A DNA stretch of 64,000 nucleotides, taken from NCBI GenBank assembly GCA_964389705.1, contig CAYMEO010000002.1, positions 4,318-68,317 of the forward strand. Reading direction: 5' to 3'. The position numbers and the translations under genes are program-made. Shown here piece after piece: positions 49,746-59,145 of this stretch. The DNA is from an uncultured Spirochaetia bacterium. Its GTDB lineage: Bacteria; Desulfobacterota_D; UBA1144; Nemesobacterales; CSP1-2. Below the pieces are notes generated by a model. That model did no database searches. It saw only the letters and a program-made list of their open reading frames with translations, and was not told the origin of the DNA. Each line of letters begins with the position of its first letter. The stretch's first letter is position 1.

Positions 49746-50906
49746 TCAGACTAGAATTCTGCTGTAGAACTCCGCGTGCCTTAGTGCTGTATTTCTCCAA
49801 CTATAAACTTCTGCCGTTTTTTTTCCGTTTTTTATAAGTTTATCTCGAAGCTCAGGTTTTTCTAAAACACTAATAATCCGCTGAGCAAGAGATTTATAAT
49901 CCATAGGAGAAACAAGTAGAGCGTTTTCCTCGTCTTTTAAATACTCTGTCAATGGTTCTATACTGGAAGCAACTACTGGAAGCTCCGATGCCATAGCCTC
50001 AAGTACAACAAGCCCCCATCCTTCTTTGACAGAAGGAAAAACAAGTGCATCTGCTGCTCTATAGAGATTGGGCATAGAACCATCGGGAACGGCACCAAGG
50101 AGGATTATGTCTTTACCAAGGTTTAATTCCATACTCTTGATTTCGGAGAAGAATTCCTCACGGTATGCCCTGTAATCAAATAGTGTCTCACCGCCTCCTA
50201 TTAGCCATACTAGACGCTGGCCTTTTGCCTTGAAATACTGACTTACAATCTTAAATGCCCTAAGTGAGGTTAATGTATTTTTGCGAGGCTCAATTCCGCC
50301 TATGCTCAGAATTACCTTACATCCACTTACAGAAAAAATATCTTTTGCCTTTTCTTTTGAAAGTCTTTCTTGAATATTAAATCTCTCTACATCCACGCCA
50401 TTATGAATGACAGTGGGACTTAATGAATATCTGGAGCGGAGTTCTTTTTTCCAAAACTTGCTGACAGTGATTAAGTAATCTGGCTCCACGATGCTTCTGA
50501 TTTGACAGTCAATTAGAGACTGTGATGTAAAGTCATCTATGTGATGGATAGTTCTAACGAATGATTTTATTAGGCCCCAATTACGTAAATTGAGAAGGGC
50601 ATTTGCAGAAACGCAATCTTCGGCGTGGTATATCTCATAGTCTCTGGATGCGGAGACCAGGAAGTTAGAATATATGTTTATATATCGCTTTACCTTTTCA
50701 TCTATTGTCTCTTCACTAGGAGTAGGGCAGGGGATAAGGGTGTACGGGACGCTTACAGTTCTAAAAAAACCTTCTCCTGAACTCAGAGCATATACATGAA
50801 CCCGGTGCTTAAGGCGGGATAATTCCTCAGCCAGATTTAGTGTGTGAACTACACCGCCCCTTGGCTTTGTCGAATAGGTAAGGAGTGCGATCTTAAGTGA
50901 TTTCAT
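49746..50906 (-). CDS. GT4-family glycosyltransferase (MSMEG_0565-like position in cluster)
   Basis: GT-B fold. C-terminal 'EGWGLVVLEAMASELPVVAS' is the GT4 EX7E region. Last gene of the minus-strand cluster. Confidence 0.8.
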   Translation of the reverse strand: MKSLKIALLTYSTKPRGGVVHTLNLAEELSRLKHRVHVYALSSGEGFFRTVSVPYTLIPCPTPSEETIDEKVKRYINIYSNFLVSASRDYEIYHAEDCVSANALLNLRNWGLIKSFVRTIHHIDDFTSQSLIDCQIRSIVEPDYLITVSKFWKKELRSRYSLSPTVIHNGVDVERFNIQERLSKEKAKDIFSVSGCKVILSIGGIEPRKNTLTSLRAFKIVSQYFKAKGQRLVWLIGGGETLFDYRAYREEFFSEIKSMELNLGKDIILLGAVPDGSMPNLYRAADALVFPSVKEGWGLVVLEAMASELPVVASSIEPLTEYLKDEENALLVSPMDYKSLAQRIISVLEKPELRDKLIKNGKKTAEVYSWRNTALRHAEFYSRILV

Positions 50907-51927
50907 CTATTAAATCTTCTATGCTTTTCATCTCCATCTGTGAAACTAGAAATCGAATCCCATAATAGATGCCGATTGCGATATCGGCTCCTGAAGTCTG
51001 CCCCATTTCTATTACTGTCTTTGAGGCAGAGGCAACTCGATCTGGGTCTTTTGTGATGAGGCTGTAGATCAATTCAATTACAGATTTATGCCCCTCGCCG
51101 CGTCGGGCTTGATCCAAAAGGGTTTGGCTATATATTGTGGTTTTCCCTTTTGCTATCCGACATATCTCAGATGAGACTCTTTTGTAGAAGCTAATCTGTT
51201 TTTTTCTGCCTTTAAGTAGCGTGTTTCCGCATATGTTCAGGCTAAGTATTAGTCCCAATAGGAAATCGTCACATGAAGGAGTGAGTCCAGGACCAAGCCC
51301 AATGATGGGTAGAGCCCCGCTTAAGACCATGTGATACTGGCCTCCGAACAATCCCCGCATGAGCATGTCGATATAGGGTCTTGCCCTTTCCGAGAGTGTG
51401 GGCTTTTGGGGTTGAAGGAAGAATTTAAGCGGGCCGTATAATTCCACGTTCTCTAGAAGCGGAACGAGCCCTTCTCTACTTTGACACGTATAAATCACGT
51501 CTCTGAGCACCCTGAGATTTAGACTTATACTCATTGGGCTTATAAGAGGGCCTTTAGGGAATGGAGGTGGAGCCCAGTTAGAGGCTTTTGCCAGTTTGAT
51601 AGTAATTATATTATCTCCAATTATCAGGATACTATTATCGGATTTCACCTCCATTCCTTCCAAAGCGCCGATTGATTTAAAGCTCCTATCCCCAAAATCT
51701 TTTATTAGAATAGATACAGGACTGATATAGTTCTCATTTTTAATTACATTAATTAGGAAATTATTACTGGTTTGTATATAGAACGCATGGTCAAAGACGC
51801 TGTGCACTTTATACTTTTTAGAGTTGCTTAGTATTTCTAGTGCCCTATAGCCAATAAATTCGGCTACTAACAGGTTGGAACGGGTTTTCTTATTCATAGA
51901 CATGGATAGGAAATTACGTTTGTCCAC
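50893..51927 (-). CDS. Conserved hypothetical protein with 'GLGPGLTPSCDDFLLG' motif (DUF2877/YlbF-AllH-like or MSMEG_0572/Sll0783-like candidate)
   Basis: 344 aa from the GTG at 51927; alternative ATG at 51903. Gly-rich 'IIGLGPGLTPSCDDF' motif. Family assignment is from memory and needs an HMM check. Confidence 0.45.
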   Translation of the reverse strand: MDKRNFLSMSMNKKTRSNLLVAEFIGYRALEILSNSKKYKVHSVFDHAFYIQTSNNFLINVIKNENYISPVSILIKDFGDRSFKSIGALEGMEVKSDNSILIIGDNIITIKLAKASNWAPPPFPKGPLISPMSISLNLRVLRDVIYTCQSREGLVPLLENVELYGPLKFFLQPQKPTLSERARPYIDMLMRGLFGGQYHMVLSGALPIIGLGPGLTPSCDDFLLGLILSLNICGNTLLKGRKKQISFYKRVSSEICRIAKGKTTIYSQTLLDQARRGEGHKSVIELIYSLITKDPDRVASASKTVIEMGQTSGADIAIGIYYGIRFLVSQMEMKSIEDLIDEIT

Positions 51928-52180
51928 GTCTTTGCCAATGCGGACGTTTCCCAGTTGGATATGAACTGAGAAGAATTATTTTTCTGCGGACATTCCAGGG
52001 AATCCTCAAATAAATCGGAACAAATATATTTCGCCAGAAAAATGGAATGGGTCCTTTTTTTCTATATGGCTTTGCACAGAGACCAGGATAACGGGCTGCC
52101 ATCTCATCCGCGGCGACTTCAAGAAGGTATTTTTCAGCATTTTTTCTCAACCACTCACCGAAGGATTTTTTTTCAGGCAT
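51914..52180 (-). CDS. Small hypothetical protein (MSMEG_0570-like position)
   Basis: 88 aa with ATG start. It sits between the flavin oxidoreductase and the DUF2877-like gene in a tightly packed operon. Confidence 0.35.
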   Translation of the reverse strand: MPEKKSFGEWLRKNAEKYLLEVAADEMAARYPGLCAKPYRKKGPIPFFWRNIFVPIYLRIPWNVRRKIILLSSYPTGKRPHWQRRGQT

Positions 52181-52220
52181 TCTTGCTTTCTCTCTAGCCA
52201 GTCTGTGTTTTATCTCCGAA

Positions 52221-53570
52221 CTATTTCATCTTTCCTAACTTGCCAAGGCCTGCCTGTGCAGCTAAAGCAATTGGCTCCATTAAGGCTCCAATCGGAGGAG
52301 AATAAACATTCTCCATCCATGCAAAATCCTCGAGCGTAGCCCCACGCTTTATAGCAAATGCAAGAAAGTCTGCTCTTTCTTTAATTCCTTCACCACCTGC
52401 CATTTGAGCACCCATTACGCGAAGCGTTTTCGGGTCAGCAATGAGTTTTACGAGAATCCTACTTACACCTGGATAGTATCTTGCCCTCGAAATTCCCTGT
52501 GCAGAAGCAACGAAATGAGGAATCCCCAAGGCCTTATGCAGGGTTTCGCCGAGTGAAACTCCGCCAATATGGACTTTTCCGCCTACCATTCCCCAAGGGA
52601 CGTATACTGGATCATAAGCACGGTCAGCACCTGCGGCGTTTGCTCCTGCAACCCTTCCTTGAGAATAAGCGTGACTTCCTGAAAGACCTTGAATAGGAAG
52701 ATCAGTCACACCATGGATGACCTCTACGCAGTCTCCGGCTGCATAAACGTCCTTTGCAGATGTTCTCATATGATCATCCACGATGATTCCGCCAGTTGCT
52801 CCAATCTTTAGTCCCGCTTCTCGTGAGAGGCGATTATTTGGCTTTTTATGTGTGGCAATCACAACCACATCACAGGGAATTTCTCCCTCTGTCGTGGCGA
52901 CGGATCTTATCTTCCCATCTGAACCGTTAAATCCAAGGACCTTTGTTCCAAGATGGATCTTTGCTCCGAGTTCCTCAAGGGACTTCTGCACCGGTTGCAT
53001 AATATCTGGATCGGCAACCTCAGACATAAGCCATGCTCCTTCGTCTACGAGATGGGTTTCAAGCCCTCTGTGCGCGAGATTTCCTGTCATCTCAATTCCA
53101 AGCGGCGTTGCGGATACGACGACGACCCTTTTTATCTGATCGAGGATTTTATCAAATTCCATTGCACGGCGTATGTTTTTAACATAGTGTGTTCCTTCTA
53201 AATCAATTCCTGGGATGTTGGGTTTTTCATATTCAAACCCAGTAGCAATGACAAGGCGATCCCACTCAAACACCTGGGAGCCGACACTTACTGTACGTTT
53301 GTTTATATCAATTCCTGTAACGGTTGTTTGGAGTCTTAGATCAATTCCAATCTCGGCATAATGCTCAGGGGTTTGAAGAAATAAGCCTTTAAAATCTGGG
53401 ATTTCCCTTCCGTGAACAAAGGGAATTCCACAGGGGCTGTAGGCTACATCTTCATACTCTGTAAAGAGGATTACATGGGCGTCTGGAGCAACGGCCCTTG
53501 CCGTTGATGCTGCTGAAATCCCTGCAGCACCTCCACCTACTACAATGATGCGAAGATTATTTTGAGCCAT
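52221..53570 (-). CDS. FAD-dependent pyridine-nucleotide disulfide oxidoreductase (CoA-disulfide reductase/NADH-oxidase family)
   Basis: GAGGTGA RBS. 'IIVVGGGAAGISAA' FAD Rossmann fold and 'YSPCGIPF' single redox Cys typical of the Nox/CoADR family. A second NAD(P) Rossmann fold. 449 aa. Confidence 0.8.
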   Translation of the reverse strand: MAQNNLRIIVVGGGAAGISAASTARAVAPDAHVILFTEYEDVAYSPCGIPFVHGREIPDFKGLFLQTPEHYAEIGIDLRLQTTVTGIDINKRTVSVGSQVFEWDRLVIATGFEYEKPNIPGIDLEGTHYVKNIRRAMEFDKILDQIKRVVVVSATPLGIEMTGNLAHRGLETHLVDEGAWLMSEVADPDIMQPVQKSLEELGAKIHLGTKVLGFNGSDGKIRSVATTEGEIPCDVVVIATHKKPNNRLSREAGLKIGATGGIIVDDHMRTSAKDVYAAGDCVEVIHGVTDLPIQGLSGSHAYSQGRVAGANAAGADRAYDPVYVPWGMVGGKVHIGGVSLGETLHKALGIPHFVASAQGISRARYYPGVSRILVKLIADPKTLRVMGAQMAGGEGIKERADFLAFAIKRGATLEDFAWMENVYSPPIGALMEPIALAAQAGLGKLGKMK

Positions 53571-53616
53571 ATTAAACTCACCTCACTTAAGCTAAGACCT
53601 ACATATTCTTTATAAG

Positions 53617-54750
53617 TCAGTTAACATCATGCGATTTCGAGTTGAATTTTTTAAACCTCACATTCCTCGGATTCAATGCCCTCTCAAAATCGGGAAGCGC
53701 TGAGCACTCGCCACAGCTTACACACCCTGCCCTACTGCTCTTTGATCCACCGTCATATTTCGAGAGTATCTTTGCGGCTTCAGTATAAACATATTCCATC
53801 ACATGAGGCTCCGGAGGTTTTACATTCTCCATGGGTGTTCCTGCAATTGGACGGAATGGGACGATAAACGGATAAACTCCAAGATAGGCACAAAGGGCGA
53901 CGCCGTTTATTATGGTCTCTAATTTTTCTCCGAGCCCGACTAAAACATATGTGCTAACCTGCCATCTTCCAAAAACATTGACGGCCTCTTTCCATGTGTG
54001 TACATATCTATCGAATCCGATTTTTGCCTTTCCCGGGGTTATCTTCTCAAACACCTCCGGGTCGAATGTTTCAATATGAATCCCCAGAGCATCAACGCCG
54101 CAGTCTTTTAACCTCTGAAGCCAGCTCAAATCCTCAGGAGGGATTATCTGGAGCTGAATCGGGAGACCTGTTGCCTTTTTTACCTCTGAGCATATTTCGA
54201 TGTATTTCTTCAGCGCCTTTTCCTCATCCTTTGCAACTCCGGATGTAAAAACTACGTTCGTTATGCCGTCGAGTTCTTTTGCACGCGATATGGTTTCAAC
54301 GAGGCTTTTCGGATCCTTAAATCCCACCGTACTTCTGTCTTTGAGTGTAAGTTCAATCCCACAGAATTTACATCGCCTTGAGTCCTCCCAGAAGACGCAT
54401 GTTTGAAGGAGAGTCGTAGCAAACGTTGTAGGGCAGTGGAGGAGTCCGATCTTTCCCATAGGTATCCCCATTGACGTTGTATATTCATAAAACTTTGCTG
54501 CTCCCATGAGTTCGACCTGATTCAGGGCAATCCCATCTCGGAATACCCAATATTCGCCATTTATTTGATCGAGGTAATATGGAGAGGAATGGACGAAATC
54601 TCCAACAACTGGGATATTCCCTTCGATGTCGGGAAGAATCTTTAGATGGATTCCTCCGGTAGGCCCTGCTCCGCCCCTCCTTATATTCCTCGTATCGGGA
54701 ATCCTCAGTCCATAACTCTGCAGCTCTACTTTCAGGGCCTTTGAATCCAT
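53617..54750 (-). CDS. Radical-SAM-like Fe-S protein with non-canonical Cys spacing (MSMEG_0568-like position)
   Basis: Start re-set to the ATG at 54750 behind AAAGGAGGAG. 'CVFWEDSRRCKFCG' gives CX8CX2C rather than CX3CX2C. Additional C-terminal 'CVSCGEC'. ~100-aa N-terminal extension. Confidence 0.45.
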   Translation of the reverse strand: MDSKALKVELQSYGLRIPDTRNIRRGGAGPTGGIHLKILPDIEGNIPVVGDFVHSSPYYLDQINGEYWVFRDGIALNQVELMGAAKFYEYTTSMGIPMGKIGLLHCPTTFATTLLQTCVFWEDSRRCKFCGIELTLKDRSTVGFKDPKSLVETISRAKELDGITNVVFTSGVAKDEEKALKKYIEICSEVKKATGLPIQLQIIPPEDLSWLQRLKDCGVDALGIHIETFDPEVFEKITPGKAKIGFDRYVHTWKEAVNVFGRWQVSTYVLVGLGEKLETIINGVALCAYLGVYPFIVPFRPIAGTPMENVKPPEPHVMEYVYTEAAKILSKYDGGSKSSRAGCVSCGECSALPDFERALNPRNVRFKKFNSKSHDVN

Positions 54751-54929
54751 AATAAATCTCCTCCTTTTGATTAGGCGCTCAGCTGTTCTCACAATCCTAG
54801 CTAAATGGAAATAGCCGAGCGCCTATATTCCTGTTCAAGTGGCAGGGGCAATCACCTCAAACTGCTTTACTGTAGAATGCGAGAAATGAAAATAATACAA
54901 TCTATCTATCACCCCTGGGAAGTAGCCAA

Positions 54930-54942
54930 GCGGATTATCCGC
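54930..54942. promoter_or_regulatory. 13-bp perfect palindrome GCGGATTATCCGC between the DsrE-like and radical-SAM-like genes
   Basis: Overlaps the stop codon of the upstream gene, in the 190-bp gap that precedes the strong RBS of the radical-SAM-like gene. Could be an operator or a terminator stem. Confidence 0.25.
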
Positions 54943-55433
54943 TATACAGTCCATGTGCTAAACATCATTGCACCTGCCCTGTGGTGTTCAATTACTATAT
55001 CTAGGATATCGGTCGGATGTATTGGTCTGACACCCTCTAACATATCCTCTTCTCTTACACCTATGAGACAGGCAGCTGAGAATCGACATGCGTAGACCTT
55101 TATTCCTTCATTGAGCATTCTTTGAACGAGATTGGGGTAGAGCTGTATTCCTGCACCATAGCCGTCGTCTCCTATGTTTGGCCAGCCCCTGTAGACGGGT
55201 ATAGCAGAGGCCGGGCCATAGAAGACAACACTTACATCATATCCCTTTTTCTTACATCTTATAGCCGTCAGCATATTGATACCGGCTACCGAACCCTCAT
55301 ACGGAACAGTATGGACAAGAAATAGCGCCTTTTCTCCGGGATTCGCCTTGTAATCCGGAAATACCTTTTCCTCATAATTGACAATTGCCTTTCCCTTTTG
55401 TGGTTTTTCTCCTTTTACCCTTTCTACAGCCAT
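54942..55433 (-). CDS. Hypothetical protein (no family assigned; tentatively DsrE/DsrF-like by length)
   Basis: Start re-set to the ATG at 55433 behind AAGGAGGG. 164 aa with conserved Cys. Assignment is tentative. Confidence 0.35.
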   Translation of the reverse strand: MAVERVKGEKPQKGKAIVNYEEKVFPDYKANPGEKALFLVHTVPYEGSVAGINMLTAIRCKKKGYDVSVVFYGPASAIPVYRGWPNIGDDGYGAGIQLYPNLVQRMLNEGIKVYACRFSAACLIGVREEDMLEGVRPIHPTDILDIVIEHHRAGAMMFSTWTV

Positions 55434-55528
55434 TTTTATTCCCTCCTTGGTTTTATATTCAATTTGGCCAATCCTAAGACACCAAACCAGAAGCCAGTCG
55501 AAATCCCAATAATTTCCCCCCTTGACCT

Positions 55529-56374
55529 TCATCTAGAATAGAGCTTCTGGGCGTTTTCCCAAAAAATCTTATTTTTTAACTCTTCTGAAATCTTTGCACC
55601 CTCAACCTTCCAATACTCTGAGGGGAAGTCTCCCCAAGGCGTATCAGAGGCAAAGATCACATTATCGGTGCCTATGCCCGTGCGCTCGATCTCGTGAAGC
55701 AACCACCGTGAGCCAAAACCAATAGCCCATGTGGTATCCGTGTAAACCTGGTAGCCCTCTTTTACCAACTCAATGAACTTAGGAATAAGCCTTATGTGGC
55801 CGCTTACGCCGCCTCCCATATGGACTATATGGATTTTAATCCGCTTTCCAAATTCCTTTACAAACTCAAAGGCGTTCCCTACATCGGAGCCACCTCCGGG
55901 ACTTGTGTGAATGTGGAGAACGAGGTTATTTTCCTCAGCAGCATTCACAATGCTATTCCATATTCCCCTTGTTGTATCGTCCCATTCCGCAGGCCTATAA
56001 GTTCCGCCAAGAAGACATGTGGCTTTTAGTGCCACAATACCTTTCTCTTTTACATGCCTTAGAGCTTCTTCTGTTCGCTCCTTATCTTTTGCCATACCTG
56101 AGACCCAAATGGCTCCTACAAGTCTGTCGGCTTTATGGACGCTATCAATCACAAGGGGATTTAGGGTAAAGGGCTGCCCTGAATCGGGTACACCGTAATT
56201 GGATATAACCATTGCCCGATCTATCCCATACTCGTCCATGTGCTTTATGTATTCCTTTGAGGATGGGTATTCTATTACAGTTGGCTTTACGGGTTCTTTA
56301 AGGTCATAAAACTTGTATGCGGCCAACTCGCCTATGTGAGTATGGGCATCAAATACCTTTCTGTTTACCTTCAT
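55529..56374 (-). CDS. Metal-dependent amidohydrolase (amidohydrolase-2/TIM-barrel family)
   Basis: Start re-set to the ATG at 56374 behind AAGGAGGTGA. 'VFDAHTHIG' HxH metal-binding motif. A later 'HIHTS...HMGGG' His cluster. Confidence 0.7.
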   Translation of the reverse strand: MKVNRKVFDAHTHIGELAAYKFYDLKEPVKPTVIEYPSSKEYIKHMDEYGIDRAMVISNYGVPDSGQPFTLNPLVIDSVHKADRLVGAIWVSGMAKDKERTEEALRHVKEKGIVALKATCLLGGTYRPAEWDDTTRGIWNSIVNAAEENNLVLHIHTSPGGGSDVGNAFEFVKEFGKRIKIHIVHMGGGVSGHIRLIPKFIELVKEGYQVYTDTTWAIGFGSRWLLHEIERTGIGTDNVIFASDTPWGDFPSEYWKVEGAKISEELKNKIFWENAQKLYSR

Positions 56375-56604
56375 CTGATTCACCTCCTTTACTTTATCTT
56401 ATTATAAAAGCCAAAAAAGAGCAATCATTTTTTCAGGTTGCCTCCTTGAATCTCTTTCGCAATCAATATGCCACTTGTTAAAATACTCTTCGATTGTCAG
56501 GAGGCTGATTTTTGAAAACATCCATCTAACTTGTGCTTAATGTCTGGGCACAGGGTATTAAAAAGGCATCATTCTATCCTCCATGATTTTCAAAGCCATC
56601 CCGA

Positions 56605-57543
56605 TCACTGAGTTATTTCCGTTCCGCCCTTTCCTTTTAATGCGTTGTCTATTCCTTCGAGCGATGTTATGATTGCTTTCTTTCCACCCGAATCGAGAAA
56701 TTTAATCGCGGCTTCAATCTTAGGTCCCATGCTTCCTGGTGGGAAATGCCCTTCTGCCAGATAGTGCCTGGCTTCTTTAAGTGTCATCTTGCTTAGATTC
56801 TTTTGCTTTGGCGTTCCATAGAAAATAGACACCTGATTTACAGATGTGACTAAAAGGAGTATCTCCGCACCGATAAGACTTGCAAGTCTCTCTGCCGCAA
56901 AATCCTTATCAATCACCGCGGCTACTCCTTTGAGTTTTCCCTTTTTATCTTGAAGTACTGGGATTCCACCGCCTCCGCATGCTATTACGACAAAATTCCT
57001 TTTTATCATCTCTTCAATCTCTTCCTTTTCAACTATGTCAACGGGCTTTGGAGATGGCACAACACGCCTCCATCCCCTTCCTGAATCTTCTCTCATTTGC
57101 CAGCCCCTTTCCCTCTCGAGTTTTTCGCTTTCTTCTTTGTTAAAGAATGGACCGATAAACTTCGTAGGATTCTTAAATGCGGAGTCATTCTCAGAAACCA
57201 ATACTTGAGTTACAAGGGAAACAACTGGTTTTTTTATTCCATTTTTAGTAAACGTATTTCTCAGGGTCTGCTCTATCATATACCCTATCTGTCCCTGTGT
57301 CATTGCATCACAGACATCAAGGGGCATCGGTGGAATGATATCAGCCAGGGATTCCTGCTGCATGAGAAGATTTCCAACCTGAGGGCCGTTACCATGGGTG
57401 ATCACGACCTGATAGCCCGAATCAAAAAGACTCAAAATCTCACTGCACATCTTCTCAGTTCTCATCAACTGATCGGCGTAACTGCTTTTACCACTAAAAT
57501 CCATAAGGGCATTTCCACCAAATGCCACTACAGCTACATTCAT
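56605..57543 (-). CDS. arcC: Carbamate kinase
   Basis: GGGAGAG RBS. 'VVAFGGNAL' and 'ITHGNGPQVG' carbamate-kinase signatures. 312 aa. Confidence 0.85.
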   Translation of the reverse strand: MNVAVVAFGGNALMDFSGKSSYADQLMRTEKMCSEILSLFDSGYQVVITHGNGPQVGNLLMQQESLADIIPPMPLDVCDAMTQGQIGYMIEQTLRNTFTKNGIKKPVVSLVTQVLVSENDSAFKNPTKFIGPFFNKEESEKLERERGWQMREDSGRGWRRVVPSPKPVDIVEKEEIEEMIKRNFVVIACGGGGIPVLQDKKGKLKGVAAVIDKDFAAERLASLIGAEILLLVTSVNQVSIFYGTPKQKNLSKMTLKEARHYLAEGHFPPGSMGPKIEAAIKFLDSGGKKAIITSLEGIDNALKGKGGTEITQ

Positions 57544-57559
57544 CTACCTTCTCTCCCTA

Positions 57560-59122
57560 TTAAATCTCCAGCCCTTTTTCCCCTCTTGTTATAATCCACC
57601 CTGCAACCCTTGAGGCAAGGGCGTTTGTAGGAAAAACTAATACCCCGATTTCCACTAGTTTTTTCTCCTGTGATTTTAAATCCTGTGGGTCTTTTTCAGT
57701 GCCACAGACATGAGCCACAAAGGCTATAGAACGCCTTTTATTCATTGCTATTTTTTTTGCCTCTTTAATTGCCGGGATGAGGTCTCCAGCAGGGTCAGGG
57801 CTTGACACGTATCCAAGGACTACATCGAAAAGTATTACAGCCGTGGTTGGATCAGAGGCCTCTTTTATTAATCTCTCTTTTCTCAGGGTTGCATCTATCA
57901 TTGGATGAGGGCGCCCCAATGTGAATTCCTCCTCACCTAAGTCAATGCATGTATGGCGCTTACTACGATTTGAGTCATCCAATTTGTTTTCTTTATATAA
58001 CGGGGCGTTGGAATAAATTTTTCCTAAAATCGGTGTTAGAACGCATTGAGCCTCATAGCAAAGGGTGCCTCCTGAAAACAGACCCCGAATGTATTTCTGT
58101 TTAGGATTGAGTAACTGGATAAACCTCTTGGCCTGTTTCTTCCAACTTTTATCGGAGAGAATATAGTGCTGATCCGTATTTCCATTGACGAGTCTCAAAG
58201 CTTCTAAAGCCGCCTCTTCTAATGTTGAAGAAAAGCGGATGTTTGAATCTATTTTTTTATCGAATTTATTTCCGAGAAAGCAGACAACTGCGGGCTTCTC
58301 GGATTCACGAACCGAATTAATCACCTTTTGCGCTACCTCCTCAGACGGCGGTTTGGAAACGAGGAGAAGGGCTTGTGTGCTTCTATCATTTTTGAGCATC
58401 CTTATCGCTTCTATTGCCATAATGCCGCCGACCTTTTCGGATAGGTCTCTTCCCCCTAGTCCGATTGCATGAGAAATCCCTGAACCCCGGTTGTGTATGA
58501 GGCTTGTGACCTCCTGCATTCCTGTTCCTGCTGCAGCGATTACCCCAATCGGTCCTCGATTCACAACATTTGCAAACCCAAGACCAACTCCATTTATTAT
58601 TGCTGTGCCACACCCCGGCCCCATCATCAGTAGTTCCCTCTTTTTTGCCCTTTCTTTAAGCTCTATTTCCTCTTCTACTGACAGATTATCACTGAAAAGA
58701 AACGTATGAAGCCCTCTTTCTATTGCCTTTGCCACCTCTAGTTTTGCGTATTGACCGGGAACGGAAATAATGGCAAGGTTTGCCTGAGGTAGGGCATTGT
58801 ATGCGGAATCGAGATTCTTATATTCTGTCTTTACAGTATCTCCAAAACGCGTTGGAGAGAGAAGTAGATCCAATTTTTCTATCGCCTCTTTTGCTGACTT
58901 TTCGGATTCTGCTTCGATGGCTACGATCAAATCATTTGCGCTTGCCGATTCAGGAATCTGCCTTATTATCCCTGTGTCTCTTAGCATCCTTAGATTAGCC
59001 TCTGTTGCCATAATCGCAGAGGCTTTTCTAATGCCGGGTAGAGTACTAAGCTTCTGGCTTATCTGCATAAGCTTCAGTGAGTCCTGATAATAGTTTTTCT
59101 TAATCGTGCTGACTACCGCCAT
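57560..59122 (-). CDS. FdrA-family protein (CoA-binding/succinyl-CoA-synthetase-alpha-like; AllF-like)
   Basis: 520 aa. N-terminus 'STIKKNYYQDSLKLMQIS' parallels E. coli FdrA. Gly-rich CoA-binding and ligase-CoA domains. Confidence 0.8.
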   Translation of the reverse strand: MAVVSTIKKNYYQDSLKLMQISQKLSTLPGIRKASAIMATEANLRMLRDTGIIRQIPESASANDLIVAIEAESEKSAKEAIEKLDLLLSPTRFGDTVKTEYKNLDSAYNALPQANLAIISVPGQYAKLEVAKAIERGLHTFLFSDNLSVEEEIELKERAKKRELLMMGPGCGTAIINGVGLGFANVVNRGPIGVIAAAGTGMQEVTSLIHNRGSGISHAIGLGGRDLSEKVGGIMAIEAIRMLKNDRSTQALLLVSKPPSEEVAQKVINSVRESEKPAVVCFLGNKFDKKIDSNIRFSSTLEEAALEALRLVNGNTDQHYILSDKSWKKQAKRFIQLLNPKQKYIRGLFSGGTLCYEAQCVLTPILGKIYSNAPLYKENKLDDSNRSKRHTCIDLGEEEFTLGRPHPMIDATLRKERLIKEASDPTTAVILFDVVLGYVSSPDPAGDLIPAIKEAKKIAMNKRRSIAFVAHVCGTEKDPQDLKSQEKKLVEIGVLVFPTNALASRVAGWIITRGEKGLEI

Positions 59123-59145
59123 TTTTTTCTTCTTCGTATCTACTA

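Noticed and set aside
54805-55095. 96-aa plus-strand ORF spanning the gap upstream of the radical-SAM-like gene
   Set aside because: It is opposite to the operon direction and overlaps the RBS, the start of the radical-SAM-like gene and the 3' end of the upstream gene.
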